Origin: Patescibacteria group bacterium
GTDB lineage: Bacteria; Patescibacteriota; Minisyncoccia; Phycocordibacterales; UBA9973
Direction of reading: 5' to 3'
DNA length: 64,000 bases
Assembly: GCA_040388575.1 (NCBI GenBank)
Contig: JAZKBO010000001.1
Location: 6,549 to 70,548 of the forward strand
The notes below the pieces were generated by a model. It did not search any database. It saw only the letters and a list, made by a program, of their open reading frames with translations, and was not told the origin of the DNA. The position numbers and the translations under genes are program-made. Position 1 is the stretch's first letter. Every line of letters begins with the position of its first letter. Positions 10,032 through 18,426 of the stretch are shown here, piece by piece.

Positions 10032-10433
10032 ATGAAAAAAACATTAAAAGCTGGGGCTATTATTTTAAGTAGCACAGATAAGAATAAAGTAGCTATCTTG
10101 TATAGCAGTAGGCAAAATGATTACTCTTTTCCAAAAGGACATGTAGAATCTGGCGAAAATGTAATGCAGGCAATGTTAAGGGAGGTAAAGGAAGAAACGG
10201 GATTAGATATAAAAATAATTCAAACTTTACCTGATATTAACTATGCCACCCCGAGTGGAGAAGCTGTTTTAATAAAAATGTTTTTAGTTAAGTCAGAGAA
10301 TGATTCCAAACTCAAACCGGAATTTGATAAAGATAAAATTGAGTGGGTACTTATTGAAGCAGTTACAGAAAAGCTCAGCTATAATAACTTAAAGGAATAT
10401 TTTAACTCGGTAAAACACTTTTTAAATAAATAG
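10032..10433 (+). CDS. NUDIX hydrolase
   Basis: Nudix box PKGHVESGENVMQAMLREVKEETG. Confidence 0.93.
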   Translation: MKKTLKAGAIILSSTDKNKVAILYSSRQNDYSFPKGHVESGENVMQAMLREVKEETGLDIKIIQTLPDINYATPSGEAVLIKMFLVKSENDSKLKPEFDKDKIEWVLIEAVTEKLSYNNLKEYFNSVKHFLNK

Positions 10434-11336
10434 TATTGCGCTCCCGATAATCATTATCGCGATAGCTATTACTTTCGGTAGTAGAATTTTCTTGTTTAAA
10501 TTTTCTTTTACTAAAGAGGGGAAAAATTTGGTGGCAAATAGGGTCATGAGGAGCACTATCGCTGGCTGGAAAGAGCCGACGAGGTAAACCATGGTGACAG
10601 GGGCTAGGAGGAATGCGTAATTAGTTAAAAGGTTACCGATAACTGTCAGGACTTCACTCAATGCATTGATGCCAAAGATGGGCTTGCCACCTTCCCGAAG
10701 CATTTGTAGAAATTCATTGCGGAATTTGGGAATAAATATAAAAATCAAAATGCCGAAGCCACCAAGCCCAGCGTACTCCCAGAAAGAAGACACCCAGAAA
10801 TTGCCACTAATGGTTACATATTTAAAAATGATTCCGGCGATGGATATAAGGAGGCATGCGCTGATCATATAGAGCGCCGGCTGCCATTTGATTTGCCGCT
10901 TTGTGTTTGAAAAGTCGATGGAAATTAAAAATACACCGAGGAGTGTAATTAGGGAGCCGAGGATTTGCTGCTGGGTTAGAGTTTCACCCAGAAAAATATT
11001 GCCGAGGATGTAGCCGAAAATAGGCACAGTCAGGAACCATGGCACCACTGCGGAAACTTCTTCAATTTCCAAAGTAAATAAATATAAAATCACCCAGGCG
11101 ATGGTGATGCCGCCAGCGATTATTAGAAGAAACTTATCCAAGAAGGGGATACTTGATACGTGAGGAGTAAATATACCTATCGGAATTGCCACGAATATAC
11201 CAATCAAACTCGAAAAGAGGACCAGCCCGCCTGACCCGCGCACTCCAGTGGAATATCGAGCAACCAAATACTGGTCAAAAATATTTGTAACTGCCCACAG
11301 AAACGGCGCCCCTAGAGCAATAAAAAACCAGTGCAT
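10422..11336 (-). CDS. EamA/DMT-family transporter
   Basis: ~10 TM helices in two repeats; LGE.LT..Q.LG motif. Confidence 0.85.
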   Translation of the reverse strand: MHWFFIALGAPFLWAVTNIFDQYLVARYSTGVRGSGGLVLFSSLIGIFVAIPIGIFTPHVSSIPFLDKFLLIIAGGITIAWVILYLFTLEIEEVSAVVPWFLTVPIFGYILGNIFLGETLTQQQILGSLITLLGVFLISIDFSNTKRQIKWQPALYMISACLLISIAGIIFKYVTISGNFWVSSFWEYAGLGGFGILIFIFIPKFRNEFLQMLREGGKPIFGINALSEVLTVIGNLLTNYAFLLAPVTMVYLVGSFQPAIVLLMTLFATKFFPSLVKENLNKKILLPKVIAIAIMIIGSAILFI

Positions 11337-11344
11337 ATGGGGTA

Positions 11345-11698
11345 TTATAGCAAACCTAGAATTGAATTACGAAAAACAAAAACTAGGAGAGTTAGGATAA
11401 AAACTCCAGCCACGCACCAAGCAGCCTTGTAATCTTCACAGCCATGCCAGGCTTCATCTTTTGTGCCTGGACCTTTTATTAAAATTACTGGTAACTCATC
11501 TAGAATTAGCCCTAAACTTATTGCAAACAACGTAATATTTTTTAAAAAAATTGCGACCAATATTAAAATTACTCCATACATATAATGCCTGACTCGAAAG
11601 CTTCCGAGCGTTGGGGCCTTTACTTTAAACGCCACAAAAAGCCGCGAGATTGCAATTGTTCCCAAAAATATTAAGAAGAAATAATCACCTTGAGACAT
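11345..11698 (-). CDS. Small membrane protein
   Basis: 3-4 TM segments; RHYMYG and GLILDE motifs. Confidence 0.7.
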   Translation of the reverse strand: MSQGDYFFLIFLGTIAISRLFVAFKVKAPTLGSFRVRHYMYGVILILVAIFLKNITLFAISLGLILDELPVILIKGPGTKDEAWHGCEDYKAAWCVAGVFILTLLVFVFRNSILGLL

Positions 11699-11701
11699 AA
11701 T

Positions 11702-11992
11702 TTAAAAACCTATGCCATGCCTAAATGACATCAATATAAATAAGCTGAATATTGAATATAGAAGCCCTAATACTCCTATAGTTTCAAAAAATATCCATGT
11801 CCATTTATGTGTAGCGTCTTGTTTTCGATATTGATTATCGAAAAATATCAGGAGAAATGCTCCCCCAAACATAAAAATAGATCCTGTAGTCGCTGCTCCA
11901 ATACTTACTTCAATTTGTTTATTTAGTACAAAAATAGGTAAAAAATATGTAACAACTATTACAGCAATATTGAAGGTTATTTTCTTAGTCAT
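11702..11992 (-). CDS. Small membrane protein
   Basis: 96 aa, three hydrophobic segments. Confidence 0.6.
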   Translation of the reverse strand: MTKKITFNIAVIVVTYFLPIFVLNKQIEVSIGAATTGSIFMFGGAFLLIFFDNQYRKQDATHKWTWIFFETIGVLGLLYSIFSLFILMSFRHGIGF

Positions 11993-12006
11993 AAAATAAT
12001 TATATA

Positions 12007-14343
12007 CTACTTCAATCCGACCGTCACGGAATAAGTATTTCCGTCATCGAGTTTGACTGATATTTTGTACCAATATCCAGGAATTAGGCCTTTAGTACTC
12101 CAGTTATATATGTATTGAGATCCATCCCATTTAAAGGTATTGCCGCTAGTGGCAGCGTCAGAGTATACCGATTCATCCACCGCGGCGCTCATTTTAGAAC
12201 CTTGTAGCGGTGTGAGCCAAATCGGAGTTGTAGTTGCTTGAGTTATAGTGCCATCAAGTTTCTTTAGTTGAAACTTTACAGGCACTGTGCTGCCTGCCTT
12301 AAACACACTTGCAGTTTGATCCTTTTGGTGTCCAGTATCGTTTATTGGCTGTAAAAATCCAGAGAAAATATAAGGCATTTTAACAACACTATTAGGTATG
12401 CCCACTAGATTAAAATCAACAGTATTGTCACCATTAGTGTCTAATGTTAGTTTAGTTGTATTTTTTATGTCTAAATTTCCTTTAAGAGAAGTTGTTACTG
12501 GTATATCTTTATATATTTCAACTTCGCCTGCTTGATTATTTACTATGTGTGTATCGGTAAGCGTAAAGGTTCCGCTTCCAGTACCTTTCAGAGAAATAGT
12601 ATATGTCTGTCCACTATCGGTAGGAATATAAACGAATTTATGTTCACCCATAATTTCAAAATCAGCGTTGGGAATATTATTTTCAATTCCTCCTGATGAT
12701 AGCCCAGAGTGGTTGCCATTTTGATCTGTCACATCAATGTCTAGTGGACTGTAGACAGATATTAAATCTCCCACCAAGTCACACTCTGAGGGAGTTTGAG
12801 TAATGAGATTGCTATCAACATTTAAATTACTCCCAGAAATTATGTTTACAATTTCCTGCCTGATTCCATTATAACTCAACATTTTTCCATGATCACCCTG
12901 TAATGCAAAGAATTTATGTGTCACATCGATTGGTAAGTTGGTAGAGCTAGCGAGTGGCACCGTTCCATCTCCACTGACCTCTTCTGGTTGATCATATGAA
13001 GCGTTATATGGTACTACGCTAGTATTCCGTCTTTCAATAATTTTACCAATTGTCCCTGTTCTGCAGCCATTTATGCTATACAGATCCACGCCCGCAGTAC
13101 TAAGATCGAAGTTATCAAAATTAGCTGTGTGTAAATTATTTGCTTCAGCAACCCCTTGAGAATTTAACTGGTGGTCGCCAGTAAGAAAATTGTTGGCTTG
13201 ATTAAAGTTAAGGTCTTGTATGTTATTGATCGCTCCTTGGTTTATTATTTTTACATAACTTCCTTTTTGATCAAAATATTGCTGACTTGGTGCTAAATCA
13301 TAAACAGCAGGTAAATTTGATGCAATTTTTTTCATTTCTCCATCAGCTAACCACGGAATGCCAAAACCATCACCTTGGATAAGAACCTTGATAGCTTTTG
13401 GTGCTCCTGTGTTAGGGACCCCTACAAAAATTGCTTTATTAATATAATTATTAGTGAGATTATCAGCGACATATTTTTTAACTACCAGGCCTCCATTACT
13501 ATGTGCAATTATATCAACCTTAGAGACCCCTGTTTTGGTTTTTATATCTAATATTTTTTGCTTAAGTTGATTAACAAGATTGTCATTAACCCCATAACGC
13601 CAATCGTAAGGAAAAAGAAAGAGGTCTGTATTTAAAACGTATCCTTGATTTTGAAATTCTTTAATTAAACCATCCGTGTAATCAGATACAACAACCCTGC
13701 CAAAACCTAAATTAACAGTTTCTTTGCTAAGTACATTACCTAGACTCAAACCCATATTCAGGGGAAGTAAATTATTATCAAATTGCATTGGATCCATAAA
13801 CTGATCGCCAATATCTGTAAAATTTCGTCCTAGGTCAAGCCATAATTTTTGACCACTATTTAAAATTTCTGTTCCCAAAACTCCAGGAACAATTAAAACA
13901 GGATTATGGGTTGGTGGTTGGATGACTGGCACCCCAACCGAATCAATAACTCCATGAGTTACATGAAATAAAATATAATATTTCGGATCTAGAAATTGTT
14001 CGATGGTTGATCCATCACCAGCATTTATAACCATGAAGTTTCCTTGGCCATCAGGGTCGTGAGCCCAGGACCAGTCCCAAGAAAAATCAGAAAGATTACT
14101 TCGAACTTGAAAGCCACCCCAAGAGCGATCAGGTGGGTTGTTCGCCACATATATTACATCCCCAGGCTGGGTGGCTTGATCAAACTCAGGAGAAACAATA
14201 CATAAGGGGTCACAGTGGGTGCCTATGCTACCTGGCAACTGGGTGCCAGTAAAGGCGAAAGCTGAATGAGTAATGAGGAATAAAGTTGCCAAAAAGCCAA
14301 TAAATATAGCCAATTTAAGCATTTTTTTCATAATTAACCTCAT
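12007..14343 (-). CDS. Secreted alpha/beta hydrolase (LCAT/lipase-like) with C-terminal PxKF domain
   Basis: Signal peptide; PVLIVPGVLG, FPYDWR, AHSNGG nucleophile elbow, GDGTVP, catalytic His region; C-terminal GFLQPI...GSTVPVKF. Confidence 0.85.
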   Translation of the reverse strand: MRLIMKKMLKLAIFIGFLATLFLITHSAFAFTGTQLPGSIGTHCDPLCIVSPEFDQATQPGDVIYVANNPPDRSWGGFQVRSNLSDFSWDWSWAHDPDGQGNFMVINAGDGSTIEQFLDPKYYILFHVTHGVIDSVGVPVIQPPTHNPVLIVPGVLGTEILNSGQKLWLDLGRNFTDIGDQFMDPMQFDNNLLPLNMGLSLGNVLSKETVNLGFGRVVVSDYTDGLIKEFQNQGYVLNTDLFLFPYDWRYGVNDNLVNQLKQKILDIKTKTGVSKVDIIAHSNGGLVVKKYVADNLTNNYINKAIFVGVPNTGAPKAIKVLIQGDGFGIPWLADGEMKKIASNLPAVYDLAPSQQYFDQKGSYVKIINQGAINNIQDLNFNQANNFLTGDHQLNSQGVAEANNLHTANFDNFDLSTAGVDLYSINGCRTGTIGKIIERRNTSVVPYNASYDQPEEVSGDGTVPLASSTNLPIDVTHKFFALQGDHGKMLSYNGIRQEIVNIISGSNLNVDSNLITQTPSECDLVGDLISVYSPLDIDVTDQNGNHSGLSSGGIENNIPNADFEIMGEHKFVYIPTDSGQTYTISLKGTGSGTFTLTDTHIVNNQAGEVEIYKDIPVTTSLKGNLDIKNTTKLTLDTNGDNTVDFNLVGIPNSVVKMPYIFSGFLQPINDTGHQKDQTASVFKAGSTVPVKFQLKKLDGTITQATTTPIWLTPLQGSKMSAAVDESVYSDAATSGNTFKWDGSQYIYNWSTKGLIPGYWYKISVKLDDGNTYSVTVGLK

Positions 14344-14372
14344 ACTAACAGCATAGTGAGAAAGAGCAAGGG

Positions 14373-14401
14373 TTGACTTTTGGACTATAATATGCTATAC
14401 T
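14373..14401 (+). promoter_or_regulatory. sigma70-type promoter
   Basis: TTGACT-N17-TATACT. Confidence 0.6.
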
Positions 14402-14458
14402 ATATAGGATATCGGGTGGGATTTGCTCACTCGAAGTTCCTTGAGAAAGGGGACAGTC

Positions 14459-14890
14459 ATGCAGAAGAGCTTTCAGTTCGTCCTTGGAATTCTGGCCATC
14501 GCGATCATCATCCTGGCTTTCGCCGCTCCGGCGAAAGCGCAGACGCCGGCGCAGAAGGAGTCCGCGCAGGAGAAGCTCGCGGATGTCGCGATGCCTAACG
14601 AGATGCTGATCAAGGCGCCGACCATGTGCGCCGGCGAGGCGGGCATCCTGATCAAAGAGGTCCGGAACTTCTGCCTCGAGCTCGCACAGATGGAGAAGCA
14701 GCGTTCCATCGCAGCGGCGAAGGCGGCGTCTAAGGCAATCGCGCCGGACAGCACATCCTTCGGCAAGGCACTCCTTACCGGCGTCGCCATCAACGCCCTC
14801 GCACCGCGTGGCTACTACGAGAGCTACAACAGCTACGGGTACGGCGGCTATACTCCCTACATTAGCCCCAACCCCTACTTCCGGCGGTAA
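14459..14890 (+). CDS. Secreted hypothetical protein (GC-rich cassette)
   Basis: AAGGGG SD before ATG 14459; signal peptide ending AKA; Tyr/Gly-rich tail. Confidence 0.7.
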   Translation: MQKSFQFVLGILAIAIIILAFAAPAKAQTPAQKESAQEKLADVAMPNEMLIKAPTMCAGEAGILIKEVRNFCLELAQMEKQRSIAAAKAASKAIAPDSTSFGKALLTGVAINALAPRGYYESYNSYGYGGYTPYISPNPYFRR

Positions 14891-14907
14891 CTTCACCGGC
14901 AACTATC

Positions 14908-14960
14908 AACGGCGTCGTTTGCAGATCCTTTGGATCCTGCAGGCGGCGCTGTTTCGTTTT
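14908..14960 (+). terminator. Intrinsic terminator
   Basis: AACGGCGTCGTTTGCAG...CTGCAGGCGGCGCTGTT stem (G-U pairs) followed by a T-run. Confidence 0.7.
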
Positions 14961-15099
14961 TAAGTGCAATTTTTTTATATTAGATTGAAAAACCTAGGTA
15001 TTTTGTAATAATTTATCCATATAAAGCGTCTCGTAAATGGAATATTTAAGCTTGTTGACTGACCCCATATATGTGGTAAAGTCAATTTAGGACGGCTTT

Positions 15100-15447
15100 T
15101 TGACAGCAGAATCCGGGCTGCTTACATATAGTAAGCCCGAGAAAGGAATAAAAGTGACAGGAAGGGCGGGGCTTGAACGACTTGGTGAAAAGCTCGCCCG
15201 CGAGATGGAAAGGATGTTTGACTGCCATCTGGGCGCAAACATACAAATCCTCTCTACCGTGGGAGAGCCCGAAGTAGGACGAGAAAAAATTTACGGGCGG
15301 CTGACCTTTACAATGGTTGACCGCTCACAAAAAAAAATAGAGGAGTGGACCATCGAAGGGGCTGCAAAAAGCTACCTCGATGTCGAGCCCGGGCTGAGGC
15401 CTGTGCTGGTGAATATTGTGTATAGAAGGGAGCAAGTAAATGAGTAA
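15100..15447 (+). CDS. Hypothetical protein (start uncertain)
   Basis: ORF overlapping the start of the FtsZ-like gene; TTGACT...TAAAGT promoter at 15055-15082. Confidence 0.5.
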   Translation: MTAESGLLTYSKPEKGIKVTGRAGLERLGEKLAREMERMFDCHLGANIQILSTVGEPEVGREKIYGRLTFTMVDRSQKKIEEWTIEGAAKSYLDVEPGLRPVLVNIVYRREQVNE

Positions 15448-17011
15448 CGCGGATACACGACCCGACAACGACACCCAAAATACTCAGGTAAACGTCCTCG
15501 TGGCGTCGCCTGGGCAGTTTGGCCTCAACAACGTGCCGATGTGGATGGAGGCAACACCACCGGAAATGGCACCAGGAATAAGTTTCTTGGTGTACGACGC
15601 CGACGGCCCCCTCGGGGGGGATCGATTCAAGCAAGGACATGACGGTCCGAGCCAAGCTATCCAAAAGTGGACTGGCGACAAGACTCGTTTCTCGAGGATC
15701 CAGATCACAGAGGTCATCGACCCCAATGCATCGCCGGCGAGTGAAGCCGGAGACGACTCGCAACCGAAACTCCCGCGAAAGTTTTTCGGGGCGGGCGGTG
15801 ACCCCGCGGTGGGCAAGAGGCTCATCGAGGGACACACCGACAAAATCCAGAACGCGATCCGCGGGAAAGACTTCGTGTTCAATTGGGGAGCGGGCGGCGG
15901 CGGCATCGGAACACCAGGCATGAGGAAGACTGCGGAATGTGCTACCGAAGTCGGCGTGCCCTACCTCTCCGTCCTTCACACTCCCTTCAACGTGGGGCAG
16001 CAAATTGGGATTGCTGAGCGGCTGCGGCTTGATCTGCGCAAGAAGGGGCGGCCCCTTCTCGTCTACAAAAACGCAAATCTTCCCGAGGCCAAACGCAAGA
16101 TGCCACCCAAACAGGTCCTGCGAACTATCAACGAGGCCTGCAGCCCGCTCTTTCGAACCTTCCACATGGCGACCCAGAGAGTCGGCAGTGCGTGGAATTT
16201 CGACCTCAACGATTTCATCACTGCGATGAAGTTCGGTCCCGACGGCTATCACGGCGCATACGACGCGCCGACGAAAGCGAGCGAGACTGAAGGCGAACGA
16301 AGGTTCGACGTGGCTGAATTGCCACAAGTCGTGACCGCTTTGATGTCTGATATCTTTCAGGATCACGACATCGTCGCGAAGGCGCTACTCTTCTGCTTCT
16401 GTGGTCCATGGACCATGGAAGAGATCGACATCATCGAGGCGGGGGTCCGTGAGAAGACTGGGTTCCCAACGCGGGGATTCATCAAGAGGCAAACAAACGA
16501 GGAAGAGACCGAGATGTGGGTTTCTGTCCTGGCATTCGGCACCTTCGCCAGTGAACTCAAGAAAAAAGAGGCACCGAAAGTTCCTGCACCAAGCGGAGTG
16601 CCGCGCCTTCTTTCGGAAAACAAGCCGACTGACGTAGAGTCACCAGCGCCGGTGAAAGAACCGGCAAACGACATACCTTCAATTGCGGCCCAAGCTGCAG
16701 TGAAGTCCGAACCCGCACTTACTCCCGGGTCGCCACAAGGCCCCCAGATGACAATCGCTTTCATCACTGAAAACGGAAGGCAAGTATCACATCAAGTGGA
16801 GACGGAATTGGGCCTCCGTTTCAAGAAGTTGTACCGGCACGGAACGAACCCGGAACTTCGAGAAGCTGTGTGTGAAGAAGTGAAAGTGGCAACAGGAGGC
16901 GATCGTCCCCCGAAATGGGGCGAAATGCCCCGATCCGAAACCCGCCCCTCGCGACTTCAGCAAATGAGGGAACGGCTCACTCGTCGATTCCAAGTTTCAA
17001 CAGGCAATTAG
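15440..17011 (+). CDS. Divergent FtsZ/tubulin-family GTPase
   Basis: GAGGDPAVG (cf. FtsZ GAGANPEVG), GAGGGGIGTPG (cf. GGGTGTG), TPF, NFDLNDF (cf. T7 loop NxDFAD); long Pro-rich C-terminal linker. Confidence 0.75.
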   Translation: MSNADTRPDNDTQNTQVNVLVASPGQFGLNNVPMWMEATPPEMAPGISFLVYDADGPLGGDRFKQGHDGPSQAIQKWTGDKTRFSRIQITEVIDPNASPASEAGDDSQPKLPRKFFGAGGDPAVGKRLIEGHTDKIQNAIRGKDFVFNWGAGGGGIGTPGMRKTAECATEVGVPYLSVLHTPFNVGQQIGIAERLRLDLRKKGRPLLVYKNANLPEAKRKMPPKQVLRTINEACSPLFRTFHMATQRVGSAWNFDLNDFITAMKFGPDGYHGAYDAPTKASETEGERRFDVAELPQVVTALMSDIFQDHDIVAKALLFCFCGPWTMEEIDIIEAGVREKTGFPTRGFIKRQTNEEETEMWVSVLAFGTFASELKKKEAPKVPAPSGVPRLLSENKPTDVESPAPVKEPANDIPSIAAQAAVKSEPALTPGSPQGPQMTIAFITENGRQVSHQVETELGLRFKKLYRHGTNPELREAVCEEVKVATGGDRPPKWGEMPRSETRPSRLQQMRERLTRRFQVSTGN

Positions 17012-17024
17012 AAAGGAGAAGTGC

Positions 17025-17798
17025 GTGAAGAAGATTTTCGCATGGCTCCTGCTCCTCTTCTTGTTCCTCCCGGGAACAGCAAGGGCGCAGACAGCCGAGA
17101 AGACACTTCACCTCGAAAGAGGAAGGTGGCTTTGGACACTCCTGATAAACGAAGGGTGTACCAAGGCGGAGACCGCCAAACTCTGGCCGAAAGTGGCCAC
17201 AGATAACGGTCTACCGCTCAATAAGGAGAAGGTTTGGCAACCCCAAACCCTCATCCTCAAGCGTGACTGTCGGGGGGAGTCCCTCGAAGTCATCGCGCTT
17301 CGGAAACAAGTCGCGGAGTTCCCAGGAAAGTTGCAGGAGCTCCAAGATAAGGCGGACAAGAGGCTCGCGGATGAGCTCGCCAAGAAGGACGCCGAAATCG
17401 CACAGCTTCGGAGAAGTGGCATTGTTCTTGGATTGCTAGGTCTGGCGGCTGGTGTAGGGATTGGATGGATTATTCGGGGGCGTCGTGTTCCCGAAATTAA
17501 ATCGGCGTCGCCACTTGTGGAAACGCTGGATCCGAAGATCGTGGCTGTACCGCGAGAAATCACGGTGGAGCACTGGGGTAAGGATTGGGGCTTTGTTCTA
17601 ACCCAACCTCAATATAAGTGCCCAGTCTGCGGGGAAGTTGTGGGCGACGAAGTCGAAGCCCGCGAACACCTGGAAGCTGAGCACAAAGAGGAGGGTCACA
17701 TTTCGTTCAAGACGACCGACCCTCTCCGTCCCGATTCCGAGTTTCCCGACGAAATGGTTGGCTCGCAGACGCGGCACTTTCCGCGAGGCGAGAAGTAG
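17025..17798 (+). CDS. Membrane protein: signal peptide, LysM-like region, coiled coil, TM, C2H2 Zn finger
   Basis: AAAGGAG SD; MKKIFAWLLLL signal; TM GIVLGLLGLAAGVGIGWII; CPVC-x12-H-x4-H. Confidence 0.7.
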   Translation: MKKIFAWLLLLFLFLPGTARAQTAEKTLHLERGRWLWTLLINEGCTKAETAKLWPKVATDNGLPLNKEKVWQPQTLILKRDCRGESLEVIALRKQVAEFPGKLQELQDKADKRLADELAKKDAEIAQLRRSGIVLGLLGLAAGVGIGWIIRGRRVPEIKSASPLVETLDPKIVAVPREITVEHWGKDWGFVLTQPQYKCPVCGEVVGDEVEAREHLEAEHKEEGHISFKTTDPLRPDSEFPDEMVGSQTRHFPRGEK

Positions 17799-17841
17799 CT
17801 CTTCACAAGTAATTAGTTCTTCGTTTGTAACATCAACATCT

Positions 17842-17878
17842 AAAAAGGGCCCCGGCTGGAGATAGCGCGGGGCTTTTT
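17842..17878 (+). terminator. Intrinsic terminator
   Basis: GCCCCG/CGGGGC stem flanked by A-run and T-run. Confidence 0.65.
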
Positions 17879-17911
17879 AATTTTCATAAAAATAATGTAT
17901 AATGACGAACA

Positions 17912-18421
17912 ATGGCAAGACCTGAAAGAGGCCCAACAAGCCTAAATTTACGAAACAATAAACCAGAAGAAACTCCTGAAAAGGAGGGGGGATTTTTACG
18001 CAAAGACGATGCTAAACTTGAAAACCTCAGTGAGCAAGATTTAAATAAAATGGCAACAGGAGTTCAAGCTAGGCTAAAAGCAATTGAGAAGGCTCTGTTG
18101 GAAATGGATGAAAAAGAAAAAGTTCTTGTAACGCCGCCAGTGAAGGAAATTAAAAAAAAGGAACCCGCACCCGTACTAGCTTTTGTTAAGCCAGAAGAAA
18201 AAGAAAAAAAATTATCTCCTGAAAATAAAGCAAAATTGGCTAAATTGCGTAAAGAAAGGGCTGGTCTACTTAAGATCATAAGGATTCGAAGGAAACGAAA
18301 TTTGCCTACCAGTGATATGGAGGGTCACGCTGCAAATGTAAAAAATGAAATTTCTGCGCTTGAAAATCTAGGAATAGACCCAGATAATTCTTTAGACTTT
18401 TTCAAATCTGAAGAAGAATAA
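17912..18421 (+). CDS. Hypothetical charged coiled-coil protein
   Basis: 169-aa K/E-rich ORF preceded by TATAAT. Confidence 0.65.
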   Translation: MARPERGPTSLNLRNNKPEETPEKEGGFLRKDDAKLENLSEQDLNKMATGVQARLKAIEKALLEMDEKEKVLVTPPVKEIKKKEPAPVLAFVKPEEKEKKLSPENKAKLAKLRKERAGLLKIIRIRRKRNLPTSDMEGHAANVKNEISALENLGIDPDNSLDFFKSEEE

Positions 18422-18426
18422 TTTAT

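Noticed and set aside
15308-16366. 352-aa minus-strand ORF and other long antisense ORFs in GC-rich islands (e.g. 14345..14902)
   Set aside because: Shadow ORFs opposite genes with better motif, SD and promoter support.
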